From assembly GCA_013265495.1 (NCBI GenBank), contig MU058423.1:7698721-7762720 (forward strand): 64,000 bases of DNA, read 5' to 3'. Each line of letters starts with the position of its first letter. Positions within the stretch are counted from its first letter, which is position 1. This DNA comes from Vicugna vicugna (taxonomy: Eukaryota). Below, piece after piece: positions 40,847 through 54,952 of the stretch. The notes beneath the pieces were generated by a model. It ran no database searches, was not told where the DNA came from, and was given only the letters and a program-made list of their open reading frames with translations. The translations under genes were made by a program, and so were the position numbers.

Positions 40847-41709
40847 ATAGTATTGTTTTTTTAAACCATATAGCTATGTATCTCAGTGTCTCTATATATT
40901 ATATCAATCTATCTACTAATCTCATCTCTATCTACCTAGCTAGCTTTGTAACCATCTACCTATTTCAATCATCAAACATAAGTTACTGAGAATCCCACCA
41001 CACAGCTTATCCCAAAATCTCTACAATTTCATTGTGATTATCCATCCCTGCCTTGTCCGTATCATGCTGATTGTACTCCCATGAAAGCGGTGGCTGAAGA
41101 CTCTTTGCGTTGTAGATTGCATCACAACCATCATATGTGAAAATTGTTTACCCAGTTATTAAAGTTATTATAAATCCTCTGGTCACAAGTCTGTTTTCTG
41201 GAGAGTTTCCCCCAAATAAATGATGTACTATATTTTCATCTGGTTACAAGATGATCCTGGCTTAGTTAAGCAGGCCTGCAATTTGTCATCAGTTATAACT
41301 TTTAGGCATGTTGCATATTGATTTACACTGATTTCAAACTCTATTGATCAGTTTTTCTCATGATGCAAAGTTTACTCATCTTGGACTAAGAGAAATTTCT
41401 TTCATCATTCTCATTTTTCTTTTTCTATCCTTTTTTCCCTACTTTCTTCCTTTCTTCCTCCTTCATTTATTTTCTTTATTTTTCATCTACCCATTCAAAA
41501 CATATAATAAACATGCATCATAATGTCAAAATCGAAGCCCAGAAGTTTGAACTGTGTAAAATGGGTTGCCATATTGCAACAAAGGAAACAAAATGACTAG
41601 GGTAAGCCTGCTATGGAAGTTTGGAGCCAATTACCAATTGCACGGCATGTGTGTCACCAGGGATTTGTGAAAGATTTCTTTGTATTTTTAGAATGTCTGC
41701 CATGAACCT

Positions 41710-43420
41710 AGTACTAACTGGAATCTAACGATAAGGAAGTGGCCAACAAGACAAAAGCTCTGCCCACATGACACGGTCTAGTATAAAATACAAATAAGCA
41801 AGTGTAAGTCACATAGTAAAACATTATATGGAAGGAAAATCTAAAAACAAAGAAGAGTAAAAGGCAGTGGCATGTTGAGGAGGAGTTGAGACAAATATGT
41901 ACATGCTCAGGAAAGCAAGAGCATATATAACGATTTTCGAAAAAGGCAAGGAGGCTAGTAAACAAACGAACTGAGCAAGTAGAATACAAACAGAAAATGA
42001 GATCAGCAATATAGCCTAAAGCCAGATCATGTGGATTCTTGTAAGTGGTTTGAGGATTCTGAGTGGGATGGGAAGATTCTAGTGGGTTTTGACGTAAAAG
42101 CCACATTGTATGATTTATGTCCTAAAAGGATCACTTTGGTTCCTGTTTGAAGAATTTAGTTCTGGGGTTAAGGGAAGAAGTAGAGAGACCAGATGGTATG
42201 AAAAACTAAGTAAGTGTTGATGGTGGCTAATAGGATTTGTGAATGCCCTGGAAACTGGCTATGGAAGATTTCTGGCTTAAGCCACTGAAAAGAAATATGT
42301 TTCCTGAGACGCAAGAAACACTGGGAGGAGAGATCAGCCTAGCTTGATTTTCGACATGGTAAGTTTGAAATGACTATTAGATATCGAAATAGAGTTGGTG
42401 AGTAAGCAGTTGGTATCTGGAGTCCAGTGGAGAGGTCTAGACTGAACACATCATTTGAGGAATCATCACTATCAGATAGTATTTAAGCCTGTGAAGCTGG
42501 AGGGGATTACCAAGAGCAGTAGCCAGACCACAAAGCCTCAAATGTTTAGAGGTAAAAAGCTGAAAGAAAACCAGTAATAGGGACTGAAGAGGAATCCATG
42601 TGATAGGAAGAAAATTAAAAGAAGATACGATCTTGAAAACAATGTGAACAAAACATCTCAAGGAGAAAATTTTATTAAATTATTAAATTATCATATGCTT
42701 CAGATGGGCTGAGCAATATAAAAATTAAAAATTATTCATTGTTTTTAAAAGTAAAAATCATTGGTAACACTGGTAAATGGTTTCAGCAGACTGATGCTGG
42801 CAAAATCCTCATCCTTGTGGATTCAGTAAAGAATGGAGGAAGAGCAATTTGAGACAATAGACATAAACAAGGCTTCCTAGGAATTCCACTGTGAAGAGAA
42901 GAGAAGTCGGGCACATCTAGGGGAGGATGTGGCATCAGATACGTCTGTTTCTGTTTCTAAAATTGGAGAAATAGCACCATGTTATAACGCTGATTGGGAT
43001 AATCTATGAGAGGTTGGTTTTAAATACAAATGATGTAGAGAATTCTATGGGAACAAGTGGGAAGACAAAGTATTTGTGTACAAAGGCTGTTGGTAGTTTA
43101 GATAAGAGAGTGCGAGCACATGGAAGGTCTCCTGTAATTGGTTTTATCTTGTCAGTGAAATAGAAAGCAGGGTCATTGGCTAAAAGCGAGGATGGGTTCC
43201 TGGTAGAGGGAAGAAAAGAATGTCCTGAAAACTGTAAACAGGAGCAAAGAGGACAGCTTTCCCACTGCCAGGCTTAGTGATAGAGGACTGTGGCAAAAAG
43301 CTTGAGACTGCTTTAGAAGCAGCTGCGCATTCAGGGGAGAATCACATTTTAATAAAAGTAAAAAAGGTGAAAGAAATTTTCAGAGAAGTGAGTGGACATG
43401 AGAGAATGTCACTAATGACC
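41710..43420 (-). mobile_element. Long L2 remnant
   Basis: Purine-rich antisense L2 text (aaaaggatcactttgg, catggtaagtttgaaatgactattagatatc, tttcagcagactgatgctggcaaaatcc). Confidence 0.75.
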
Positions 43421-45410
43421 GAGGTTCTCACATGCTGCTGTCTGCATTAAATCGATAATGAATCTTTCACGTACACTGGAAGACAAGTCTGAGTTTTCCC
43501 CAGGAACTAGTTATTTTTTCACTGACTCTATGAACAGGTTTAGCGAGTCCAAACATCTCCTGACATGGAAAATGTAAAAGGCCATAAACTAGCTGGAGGG
43601 CATTCAACACAGATTACAGTAAAAAGTGGAAAGACGTATTACTCCCTTCCCGGTCACTGGGCCAGGCTTATCTTAGATGTCACACCATACTCAAGAGGAA
43701 GACCTATCCATTGAGTCTTAGAAGTTGATACAGTTTATCTGGGAAAAAACAGCTGACAGTATTAACAGAAAGCAGGATTATATATATTTAACCCTATTGG
43801 ATCAAAACTCTATCCTGAAAATCACCTTGGAACATTTTTGAAGCAATGGAAGAAGTTGTATTGCTAACTGATGTGGGGGCTATCAGTTCTAAATAGCACT
43901 TTTCTTTTGTCCAAGAGATCATAGTGCTTCAGCCTCAAACACACAGGAATTTTGGGTTCACTTTTGTTTCTTCCATAAATCCTAAAACCAAAATAAAATC
44001 TTATTTCAATGTAGTACATTAATGGAAAAAAATTGTAGTTTTCTATATTTAGCCATTTATTTCTACTCTAGCATACGCTTATGAAGACATGGCTCACAAA
44101 TGGCCCTTAATCTGTTACACAATGTCTTTCTAATTATCCAACAAAAACAAAAGAAGGAAAATGTTTAGTTTCATGTGACTAAAACAAACAAACAAAAAAC
44201 CCCATCTATGTGGCATTCTTCTCATTTTCCTTGCTATTGGATGATATTACAATAGAGTGAAAAGAATGTGTAATATAATGTAACATTGATGTTGAACTAA
44301 GAAATTGGAAATGGAAAATTAAAGCATTTGCCTGTGTATGTGTGCATAATATCTACGTTTGTGTCTGAAAGAGGGGAAATTTCATCTGGAAACTACCAGA
44401 GTAAAACCTCAACAATCGAAACTAATTTTATCATATACAGAAGTAAGTGAACAGCATGACTTACAAAATATTTTTTAATGCAGCTTGATTATTTCCGAAT
44501 CACGTAATAAGCTATGTTAGTTCTACAGAGTTTATTTGAACTCTTGCCTAACAGAGATCTTTAGAACTCCTTATAAAAATAGATGAAATGACTTTCAAAT
44601 TATCCTATCAACTGAATGAACATGAGTGATTTAAATTTCCCATGAAAATTCCATTTACACTAAAGGATAAAAAGTTTGTTTCCTTCTTTCCTTTCTTCTT
44701 TTCTTCCTTTTATCCTTTTACAAAGAAAATATCACCTTTAACCGCTGTCACAATTATTAGATGGTCCAAATGACAGGAAACTGCAAAAAACTGTTTATTG
44801 ATTAAAATTATAATAAATTACTTTTGCTAAAAGCATGTTACTTCTCTCTAAATCATACATTTCTCAGTAATATAATGCTGAAAATAACACCTCCATCATG
44901 GGACGACATGAAGGTTAAATGAGATAACCTTTTGAAGCACCCAGTCTATTGCCTGGTACTTAGTAGGTGCTAAAGAAATGGTAGCTTATTTTTCAGTAAA
45001 TCAGTGTCCAAAAAATACTGCTTGTGCTATATGTCCTACTTTGTAACTAAATGTCCTACATCTGTTACCTGACATTACTCATTCAGTTCCTCTTACCCAA
45101 TTTTGCATTATTCCCAGTATTTCTTATGACAAAAGAAAACACATATGTTCCTTTTAAAATCTCTCTGCCTGCTCATGGCCCCATCCTCATGAAGTTTAAC
45201 ACTTTTAGATTGTCTTTTGAAACAGCAGTGTGAAAGGGTTTGTACTTAGGGGACCAAAAAAGAAAAGAAAAAGCAACATCTTTCAAAACAGAAAAGGCCA
45301 TGTCTGTACAAATACATCAAGAACACAATTATAAAACAAACAAAACAAACAAACAAACAATGATTTGCCATAAGAGTTGACCAATGAGGGGTGGAGGGAG
45401 GAAATTTTAT

Positions 45411-45497
45411 TTTTTATTTATACTTTTTTTTTAATTGAAGTATAATTGGCTTACAATGTTGTGTTAATTTCTGGTGTACAGCATACTGATTCAGTTA
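45411..45497 (-). mobile_element. Very short L1 3' tip with poly(T) and TSD
   Basis: ttttaattgaagtataattggcttacaatgttgtgttaatttctggtgtacagcata, with flanks ggaggaaattttat (45397-45410) and ggagacaattttat (45498-45511). Confidence 0.8.
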
Positions 45498-46967
45498 GGA
45501 GACAATTTTATATGTTCTGTCTTTACTCACTTACAGATCATCTCTAATCTTTTGAATACTGCTTGTTGGTATTAAAAAATCTTTTGCATAAATTAGGATA
45601 GACTTATATTAACAAATGACCCCTAAACTTCCAATTCTGAGATGTATGTCAATTCAACGTATCTTTGCTAAGCATTCAGTTCAGGTCCCCCAGATACTGT
45701 GATTTTTAGTTTGTTCAAATTCCCTATGTTCTTTTTGTACTCATGCCCCATTTGGTATTTATCCAAAATAATGGTAAGTGCTCAAAGAAGAGAGAAGCAT
45801 AAACAGATCTAAATTTCAGTTGACTGTGGTCCAGCTCTTTAGCAAAATGGAATATCCCAAAGTACTCCATGATTAATTAAAGATGCCAGAATAGAGTAGA
45901 ATTAGTTACTGAATCATTGGAGAACTCTTCCCAACTGTTACAGTGAAATGTTGAGAATGAGGAAAGGATGGATTGAAACCCCCAAATATTATTTAATTAC
46001 AAATCTTTTTGGACTCTTCAATTTTAATAAAGGATGTTAACACACAGCATTTGTATAACTACCATTGAGATTTCCAGAGAGTAAAATTTCTAGTTTACTG
46101 TTACCCAGTTTCCATTGAAAGCATTGTTGAGAGCAAATAATTCAGGAAAGATTATTTGGTTAGACCAATATGTCAAACCAGGCTGTTCATGAGCTAGTGA
46201 TGGATACCGCTGCTCTCTCTTCCTCACTGTATTGTTCCTACTAAAGTATATTTTATATCATGCAAAGTAAATTTATCAATGAATATGTAAAGAATTTTGA
46301 GATCCTCAATAAAGAGAGGAAAGATGGAAAAGTTATCTTTCTTGGAGTCCAATAATGGTAAAGCCTTAAATTTTTTTTTTAATTTAGGGAATATAGTATA
46401 ATCATTAAAAACACATGATATATAACTGAATTTGGATAAGAGTTTCTACTAATTAGCCGTGGAACTTAGAGAAATTATTTAACTTCATCGACATACATGA
46501 GATAATATTTTCTGGGAGTATCCAGAACACAGTAAGACAGGGACAATAAAGGAACTAATACTAATTATAGCCTGATAGTTAATTCTATTATTGATATTAG
46601 TATTTTTGTCTGTGTGTAATTATCTCTTTTTAGGTTACCAATTATGTAAGCCCTTTCCATTTGCACTTTTTACAAGGTGGAAAAGATGTGGGTACAGATA
46701 GGAAAAAACCAATAATCTGTCCAGTCCTGGGCATCCATCCAGGGACCAGATGGTCACTACAATCCACCTGGATGCATGTAATTCTGCAAATAATACTAAG
46801 TTGGAGTTCCTTAAGTGGAATTTAACCACAGAGGAGAATGACTTGAAATTATCTAATTATATATTAGGTAAATTTATTTTAAAACGCTAATGAAAAAGCT
46901 AAATAAAGACAAACCACTAATTAAAAATTGACTGGATTGTGTCCTAGTGTTTGGGGACTCTGTCTCT

Positions 46968-47250
46968 CTTTTTTCTTTTTTTTCATTGAAGTATAGTCAG
47001 TTATAATGTGCCAATTTCTGGTGTAGAGCATAATGTCCCAGTCATGCATATATATATGTATGTTCATTTTCATATTCTTTTTCATCAAAGGTTATTACAA
47101 GATATTGAATATAGCTGTCTGTGCTGTACAGAAGATATTTGGTTTTTTATCCATTTTTATATATAGTGGCTATCATTTGCAAATCTCAAACTCCCAAATT
47201 TATCCCTTCCCACCCCCTTTCCCCCAGTAACAATAAGATTATTTACTATG
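46968..47250 (-). mobile_element. Camelid-type L1 3' UTR fragment with TSD
   Basis: Poly(T), then cattgaagtatagtcagtt...tatcccttcccacccc. The TSD is ggggactctgtctct (46953-46967) / ggggactctgcctct (47251-47265). Confidence 0.88.
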
Positions 47251-48613
47251 GGGGACTCTGCCTCTTAATCTTACATTCTTTCCTGTCCTCTCCTTATTAA
47301 TGTTTTCAAGGAGCTTAAAATGCCCCACTGGAATCTAATAATGTCCACTAAACTGCAACTACCACTCTGCTTTTGCTAACTTGTAACAAACTCTTAAAAT
47401 CTGCTTCTCATTCCTCTTGTGCATCCCTTCTTTCATTTTTATGTATTGTTTTTCCCTTCTTTTCAACTCTTTGTATATGTATATTCCACTGCCCTTGTGT
47501 TCTCCTAAATATTTTTTTTTCCTGAAGATTGTACCCTCTGTGCAATAACATTCTGCTGCCTTCCTCTTGCTTTTGTTGTCCATTAACTTCTGTCTGAATG
47601 GAAACAGTAATCTCTTATGAAATCACTGTGTTACTTGGGTTGCAAGCATTAATAATAAATGGTTTATATTTTCTGTGGTAATGGTCACTTGTAGTTCCAA
47701 ATGACATTTTGCTGGCTGAAATGGGACTATTTTTGTCCTCAAGAAACAATGATATTTTGGCAAAAAAAGACTGGCTATAAGTCAGAAAGCCACTAGAAAA
47801 AATGGTTCCCTTAGGAAACAAAGCAAATTATTTCAGATATTTTGTGAATTCTCTACCCACAGCAAAAAGAATGACATATCTCAAAAACAGAAAACTTTTT
47901 AAAAATGATTTTAATATTAATTCTTTAAGACCAAAAAATATTGCTTGTGGTTCCACACAGGTAAAAGCATCAGTGCACAGATAAGCTTAAATTCATTTTA
48001 AAATCCAAAAGCATGTGTGTGATTTAGCCTGATAATTATTTTCTAGCTGTGGAACTATGCAGGTGTGTTGCTTCGCCACTTTAAATATTAATCTAAAATG
48101 TTGTCTGACAATATCCACAGCACAGTCCCCAAAGAACAACTATTTGCCTGGGAGAAACCCAGATATGGAGTTAATTTAGATAACTGAAATAATTTGCTTC
48201 CTGTTGAACAGGGAGAATTACGCACTTTACTTTCATCTGCACAGCACATCCCCTCATGGAGCATATACTGATAACCTCATACTGGCTTCCCAGTGGTTGA
48301 GGTGAAGTCACAACCAACTCTCTAGACAAGTTTCATGACAAGGGGGATTGAGCAAGAGCTTCTCAGATGTCATCAACAGTGAGACCAACCATATAAACAA
48401 CAACAAAAACATGATGTTCTATTATTGAAATTCCTCCTTTGTGAAAAGGAGAATGAGGGACCCTGAAGAACTAACAGAGTTGTTTTTCATTTCCTGTTTA
48501 GCCAACGCCTTGTTCCAGAGTACATGCTTCAAGAGCCTGTTAGGACACTTCCTGCTTCAGGGGGCTTACAATCTAGTTGTGGACAGAGACTAAATTAAAA
48601 AGTAGATCAATAA

Positions 48614-48744
48614 TGGGAGAGGGAATAGCTCAAGTGGTAGAGTGCATGCCTAGCATGCGTGAGATCCTGGGTTCAATCCCCAGTACCTCCAGGAAGAAAA
48701 TAAATAAGTAAACCTAATTACCTCTCCCTGCAAAAAATTAAAAC
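48614..48744 (+). mobile_element. Camelid Vic-1-type tRNA-Ala-derived SINE with a perfect 17-bp TSD
   Basis: tagctcaagtggtagagtgcatgcctagcatgcgtgagatcctgggttcaatccccagtacctcc, with the TSD aaaaagtagatcaataa at 48597-48613 and 48745-48761. Confidence 0.93.
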
Positions 48745-51719
48745 AAAAAGTAGATCAATAAATAGCAAGTCAATGAAGCATTTCAAGAGACTGGTTCAGA
48801 ACTCAACAAGAGGAGATGGTAGGGTTATGCAGCATTAGTGGACACTGTCAGGAAGAGATTAAAGCAGTACTTTGCATCAAAAAAACCCAACAGAAGCACA
48901 GTTAAGTTGACAGGATATTAAAGGTCCATATTATCTGGATAAGAGGGACTTTAAAACATCTCCACTGTGGCATCAAGGTAAAATTATGAAAGGAGAAACA
49001 CTGTTGCCATGTCATAAGCTAAAGAGAGTGAGGGTACCACTTGTGCAATGGAGGTACAAAACCCTGAAGTGACAGAGCTGGGGGATGATATCAAAATATT
49101 TACAATCCAGTTACAGCTCCTAAACATTATTACCTATGAATAGCCTGATTTTAAACAATATACTTTTTAGGAAATACTAAAAACCCTAGAAGGCCCATTT
49201 ATCCACTTATTAAATCATGTATTCATGCACTAATTTATTTCACAAACCATTAATGAGTAAACGGGAAAATGCTAGTCACTGGTAAAGAAGCATGAAACAC
49301 TGACTCAGCAGTGGGTAAAAATATCTGAGCAATAATTGCTAATTTTATCAAATACATTTTGAGCAACTATCATATTCCAAGCACTAAACACTTTAGTATT
49401 TAGTGGTATAGATTCTTTGTTAGTGGTGGAGAACCTTTACAAATTATAGAAATGAGATGGGCTGACTCTCAGAGGGTCAAAAAAACATGATATACATGCA
49501 GCTCCAAACTGGGTCTTAAGTCTCAGCTGACAGGGATTTGGCAAATGAACAAACACGTTTTGTACTGTAGTGATCTTAAATAAAAGTGATAGTTTACATT
49601 ATATGATTTCAAAACCCTGGGAAAACACTAAATCCAAGCAAGTTGATTTTCCATTTGTTCTTATCAATAATTCCAATAATTCCAATTCAATAATTCCAAA
49701 TTTTCTTCAGAAAAAAAAACCATAGCATCTCATGTAAAATTCTTCTCACTGTCACCTCATCTGTCTTCCTAGTCCTTGACACTTTCTGCTAAAGCCCTAT
49801 CAAAAAATGTACTCTTCTGAAAACATCTATGCCTTTTGGAGTCTTTATTCCTTTGCTTTATGATAGTTATTTTTCTTACAAGACCAATATTTCTACTCTT
49901 TAACTGTCAAAGCCTACTGATCCTTCATGAGCTCACTCTGCTCAAACAGAATTAGCTTTTTCTTCCATGGGCCCACAGCACTTCATTTTTTAATTGTTGC
50001 TGTAACATTCAGACAGCCTATTCTTTCAGAGTCATTTGTGTTTGTATCAGATTCCCTTATGACAGCTCAAAACCAGAAATTCAATCTTAGTTTTTATAAC
50101 TGCCCCAGAGCCGGCGCACAGTAGCTTCTCAATGAGGGGTTGTTGAGGGAACCAAGATTAACGTATCTGTAAACTCACTGTGTGAGACGTACCGTCTAGA
50201 CTCAGTGAACCATGGAGCTTGCTCTCCAAGTATAGAAATAATTTCAGAAAATAATTAAGTTTATAAAACAGAATGTAGACCTTCCTATTCCAAATAGTTG
50301 TGGATCTTTCATGTAAGGATCCAGCCTAGCAGGAGTACTGGACTGTGCTCCAGAGCACCGAGTTCCTAGCTCTGGGTCGACAATACTAACTAAGAAACGT
50401 AACCTCTCTGAGCCCTCCAGATCTCAGTGACTTCACCTGAATTTAAGAGGTTGGACTCGGGCATCTCTAAAACGTTTTCAGATCAACATCCTAAAATCTA
50501 ATCTCAAGAATTAGCCAATGGAAGATAAAAAATATTTCCACAGGAGGAGCTAATCCATTGGAAAATATCATCAAGTAGCAAAAGGAATCATTTTTAATGT
50601 CAAGATCAATGCACTAGTTTTCCATTTTTGCCACTGAAATGCATGAAGAATAGCAGAGCCTACAGCATTATCACAAAGATATTTGGTATTCAAAAGGGCA
50701 CAATTTCCAACATAAACTGAAGTTTTTAATATCCTCTTGGAAATATCACACGACTGCCTCTAATGAGACAGAAACACTCGATCTGCCCAAGGAATAGCAG
50801 GTGCCAAATCACCATTACTTTCTCAAAGAAATATGAAAGCAGCAAATTAAATGTCAGGGACTTGAAAAAAATTGAATAAACTTGAAAAAAAAATAGTTAT
50901 GCAACACTGTCATAGATCTGTAAAGAGAGAAAAGTCCAATTTAAAGAAATACTTACTAAAGTATAAACTCAACAGTTGACTTTAAAAAAAATTATCTTAA
51001 AATCAAGTTTCAGAATACACACACATATACACATATGCATGCAACCACACACAAATTTGAAATACTTACAGCAAAATTAAATTAGATTATTAACCTACTG
51101 GCATTAAATTACACAAAAGAAAGATATTTCTTTATTTCCTCTTTAGAATACTCCCCATACACCTAACAACTTGCTTTATAATAAGTGAAAAAATATAAAT
51201 TAAAAAATGATCTGACTAAATTGAGTTTTTTTTTTTTGTCAGCCCTAGTCCTATCACTTTGGATGTCTCCAGGTCACACTACAGGTTTGTCAAATTGGGC
51301 CTCAAAAATAATTTTAATATTGAAAATGATGTATCATACACTCCAACTGAATTCCTTAATTCAATTTAACAAGCATCTAAATTGAAGGCAGAAATTTTGC
51401 TTTGCTTCAACCAACTCTTCAGAACTTCATTTTGGAATGTGGGTGTCTTTGTGAACTACTAAGAATGCTGTCTGGTCCTGAAAGATCTGTCGACAGGTAT
51501 GGGTATTCTCTAACTAGCAATAAGGAAATGATTTTATCAAAAGCAGAGAACAGAAGACTGACAAACGGTATTCAAGCATTCTGTAGTCTTTGCAACTTCT
51601 TTCTTTATAAATTGCCTCTTCATATTTGGCAGAAAACAGCTGAGGAGAAAAGCCTAGGCCATACTAAGTCCTAATGCAGAGGTTACCCCCAATCAAACCT
51701 CCCCTCCCTAATTCCACAT

Positions 51720-52440
51720 TCAAAGGATCACCAACATCATCATACTGCACCTTTACTCTGACTTAAAATCTGCCCTTCCACTCTAGTTCTTCTGTGACTG
51801 CTCTTGCTCAGGACCTCATTTTCTTTCACTTGGACCAGAACAATGGCTGCCTACTTGTCTCCCATTCTCTGTTTTCTTAGTACATCCTCAACACTGCTCT
51901 CAGCATCATCTTTTCAACAATGGCTGAAAATGTAATTATTTCAGAATCCTACTCTAAACTCTTCAAAGCATTTTCATTATCTCAGAACAAAGTCTAAACA
52001 CATTTCCATGCATACAAAAGCCTTCCTAATCTGGCTATGTACTGTTCATCTCCCATGACTCAGCTACCCCACGTATTCTGCCCAGCAGTATGTGCTTTAA
52101 AATTCAGTACATGATTTGATATTATGCCACCTTATGGTTACATGCATAAGCAATTCCTTCTGATGGGAATTTCTATCCACACTTTAGTTTAAGCTATTCC
52201 TCTTGTGTGAAGTTCACTCTAGCAGAATATTGGGTGGGCTCCTTTTTTCCCTTCGTATTTGGAAAAGTTATTACAAAAAACTACTTTTACCATTGTTTTC
52301 CTGACTATGTTTGTGTTTGTCTTCCCACTAGAATGTGAGAATCTTCATGAATTAGTGCCCTATCTTCATTATTACTTCCCCAGTGCCTGGCAGAATGCCT
52401 GACAGGAAGTAGGTACTTAGTAAATGTTTCTTAAAGGAGC
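51720..52440 (+). mobile_element. L2 3' remnant
   Basis: Ends in a typical L2 terminus: cttccccagtgcctggcagaatgcctgacaggaagtaggtacttagtaaatgttt. Confidence 0.7.
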
Positions 52441-52671
52441 AAGGAAAGAGGAAAGAAGGAGGGAAGAGGGGAAGTGAGGAAAGAAGGGAGAAAAGAGGAA
52501 AGAAAGCAGGGTTTAGTGGAAGAGAGAAAGGAAAGAAGTAACCTTCTAGCATGGAGTAGTGTTTTGACAAGACACTCTGTCTTTATCTTCTCCCTTCAAG
52601 CCCTTATATCAAATATTTTTTCATAGTGATACCTGAACAAAATAAACCCCAGGAATAATCTTAAAATGAAA

Positions 52672-52702
52672 TGTGTGTGTGTGTGTATGTGTGTGTGTGT
52701 GT
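52672..52702. repeat. Interrupted (TG)n microsatellite
   Basis: Direct reading. Confidence 0.9.
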
Positions 52703-54217
52703 GCATGTAAGTGTGTTTAGACAAAATGGCAACCTGCAACCTAAAGGGTGCATGAGGGGACCCTGAGAGAACTCAGGTGTCAGACAGTCCCCCAGACTTC
52801 CCTCACTGACTTGCTGATAGGGAGAAGGAGCTCCCATTTCTATTTAATTCTCCATCTAGAAACGCCCCTTCCTTTACCCCAGTCCCAGTACTTCTTCATA
52901 GCTATGATTCATTTATTCTCACCATCATTCCGAGATAACAATCCCCTTTCCTGACTTCTGCATAGGCATACTCTAGTGATGGTACAGAGACAAAAACAGC
53001 CCAAAGGGGGAAAAATCAATATGAAGACAAATTCAAAAAAGATTTATGCTCAAGGATGAAATTATGGATCGCTGGACCTAAAAATAGAAAATCCCATTTA
53101 AGATGTTAGAATGGCTGCATATAACTAAAGTCTGAATAAGACAGGAAGGAAATGGGTCATTTAAAAGAAGAAAAGAGCCTATGCATTTTGACCCAACCAT
53201 TCCATAAACCTTTAAGTATCTCCTTGTATAGGTCATTGGGCTTGACCCTTTATGAGAATAAGAAGAAATGTAAGACACAACTTCGCTGGTTTAAAATACA
53301 GGTAACTGAAATGACAATATAAACAGCCTTCTCACCCTCGCCCACTAAGAGAACAACTGAAAACCTCAGAGAATTTGTAAACTTTGAAGTAGAGGCAGGA
53401 GGAACAATTAAAAGGCAGAAAATGCTTAGAGGAGCTATTGCAAGCATCTGGATTCCCATTTTTAATTTCTGGACTCTATGCTTCCTGATTTTACTTGACT
53501 TTTTGTTATTTTTGTCAAAATTCTACTATTCATGAAATTCATGATAAAATTAGCTTCTTTTAAAAACTACAATTATTTCCAAGAATGTTACAGAACTATT
53601 GCTTTTTAAACATAGGAGTTTATCTGAACATATAACAGTCTTCCTATCAGACTAAAGTCAATCACAACCTGGACCAATTTGATGCAGGAATAGCAGCTAA
53701 TTTGAGGGGAATGTGAGGACTCAGTAGTGGGGGTAGGAATTAGTTTTTCTTCTGCCTTTTCCATATAGTAGCCTTAAGATGGCAGGAGTAGATAGAATAC
53801 CTGTGGGATGTACATGAAGATGGGGAAGAGGTTCTAAAATCATTTAATTTCCTGAAAAATAAAAGAGGAAGTCCTCTTTCATCTCATTAAGTTTCTTTTA
53901 CTCAATGACACTCTACTCCTAAGAGTCAGAATTCAGGTTAGTGATATACATTAGCTATGCTGTGGATTTAATATGATTCTGTGTATTAATCAGAAAACCT
54001 AATCTCCCTTTGGCTTTGGATCATTTCTATGAAAGCTACGTTCTCCAAGTTCCAAGCAACTGAGTTGGAAATTTCTTGAAACATAATTCTTTATGAGGTG
54101 GCGTTTTCCTCTGCATGAGTGAAGTACTCATAAAAAGAATGTCATAAGACCATTTAAACAGGTGTCATATGTATAATGTAAATATAAAAGGTATGAACTC
54201 ATAGGAAGAGGAGGTTC

Positions 54218-54952
54218 TTTTTTTTAGTTGAAGTATATAGTTGACTTACAACATTTTATTAGTTTCAAATGTACAAAATAGTAATTTGATATTTTTATAG
54301 ATTATACACAAAGTTATTATAAAATACTGCTTAGGTTCCCTGTCTGTACATTACATCCTTGTGACTTATTAATTTTATACCCAGCAGTTGGTACCTCTTA
54401 GTGCCCTTCGTATACTTTGTCCTTCCCCCTACCCATCTCCCCTCTGGCAAGTACTAATTTGTTTCCTTTATCTGTGAATCTATTTCTGTTGCTATATTTG
54501 TTTGTTTATTTTTCGATTCCACATATAAGTGAAGACATACAACATTTGTCTTTCCCTGTCAGATTTATTTCACTACTCGTAATACCTTCCAGGTCCATCC
54601 ATGTTGTCGCACATGGCAAAATTTCATTCTTTTTTATGATCTAGTAATATTCCATTGTGTAGGTATGTTAATGTGTGTGTATATATGTACATCACATTTT
54701 CTTTATCCATTCATCTGTGGATGGACACTTAGGTTACTGCCATATCTTGGCTATTGTAAATAATGCTGCTATGAATACTGGGTGCATATATCTTTTCAGA
54801 TTAGTGTTATTTATCTTCAGAGAACACCCAGGAGTGGAATTGCTGGATCATATGATAGTTCTATATTTAATTTTTTGAAGAACCTCCATATTACTTTCCA
54901 TAGTGGCTGTACCAATTTATATTCCCACCAACAGTGCATAAGGGCTTCCTTT
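54218..54952 (-). mobile_element. L1 3' fragment (ORF2 C-terminus and 3' UTR; L1MA/artiodactyl-type)
   Basis: Poly(T), gttgaagtat..., ttctttatccattcatctgtggatggacacttaggtt and ggctgtaccaatttatattcccaccaacagtg. Confidence 0.9.

Noticed and set aside
48614..48690. tRNA-Ala-like sequence (also at 2742)
   Set aside because: It has an A-rich tail, a TSD and SINE-specific 3' sequence, and lacks a proper acceptor stem. It is a SINE, not a tRNA gene.
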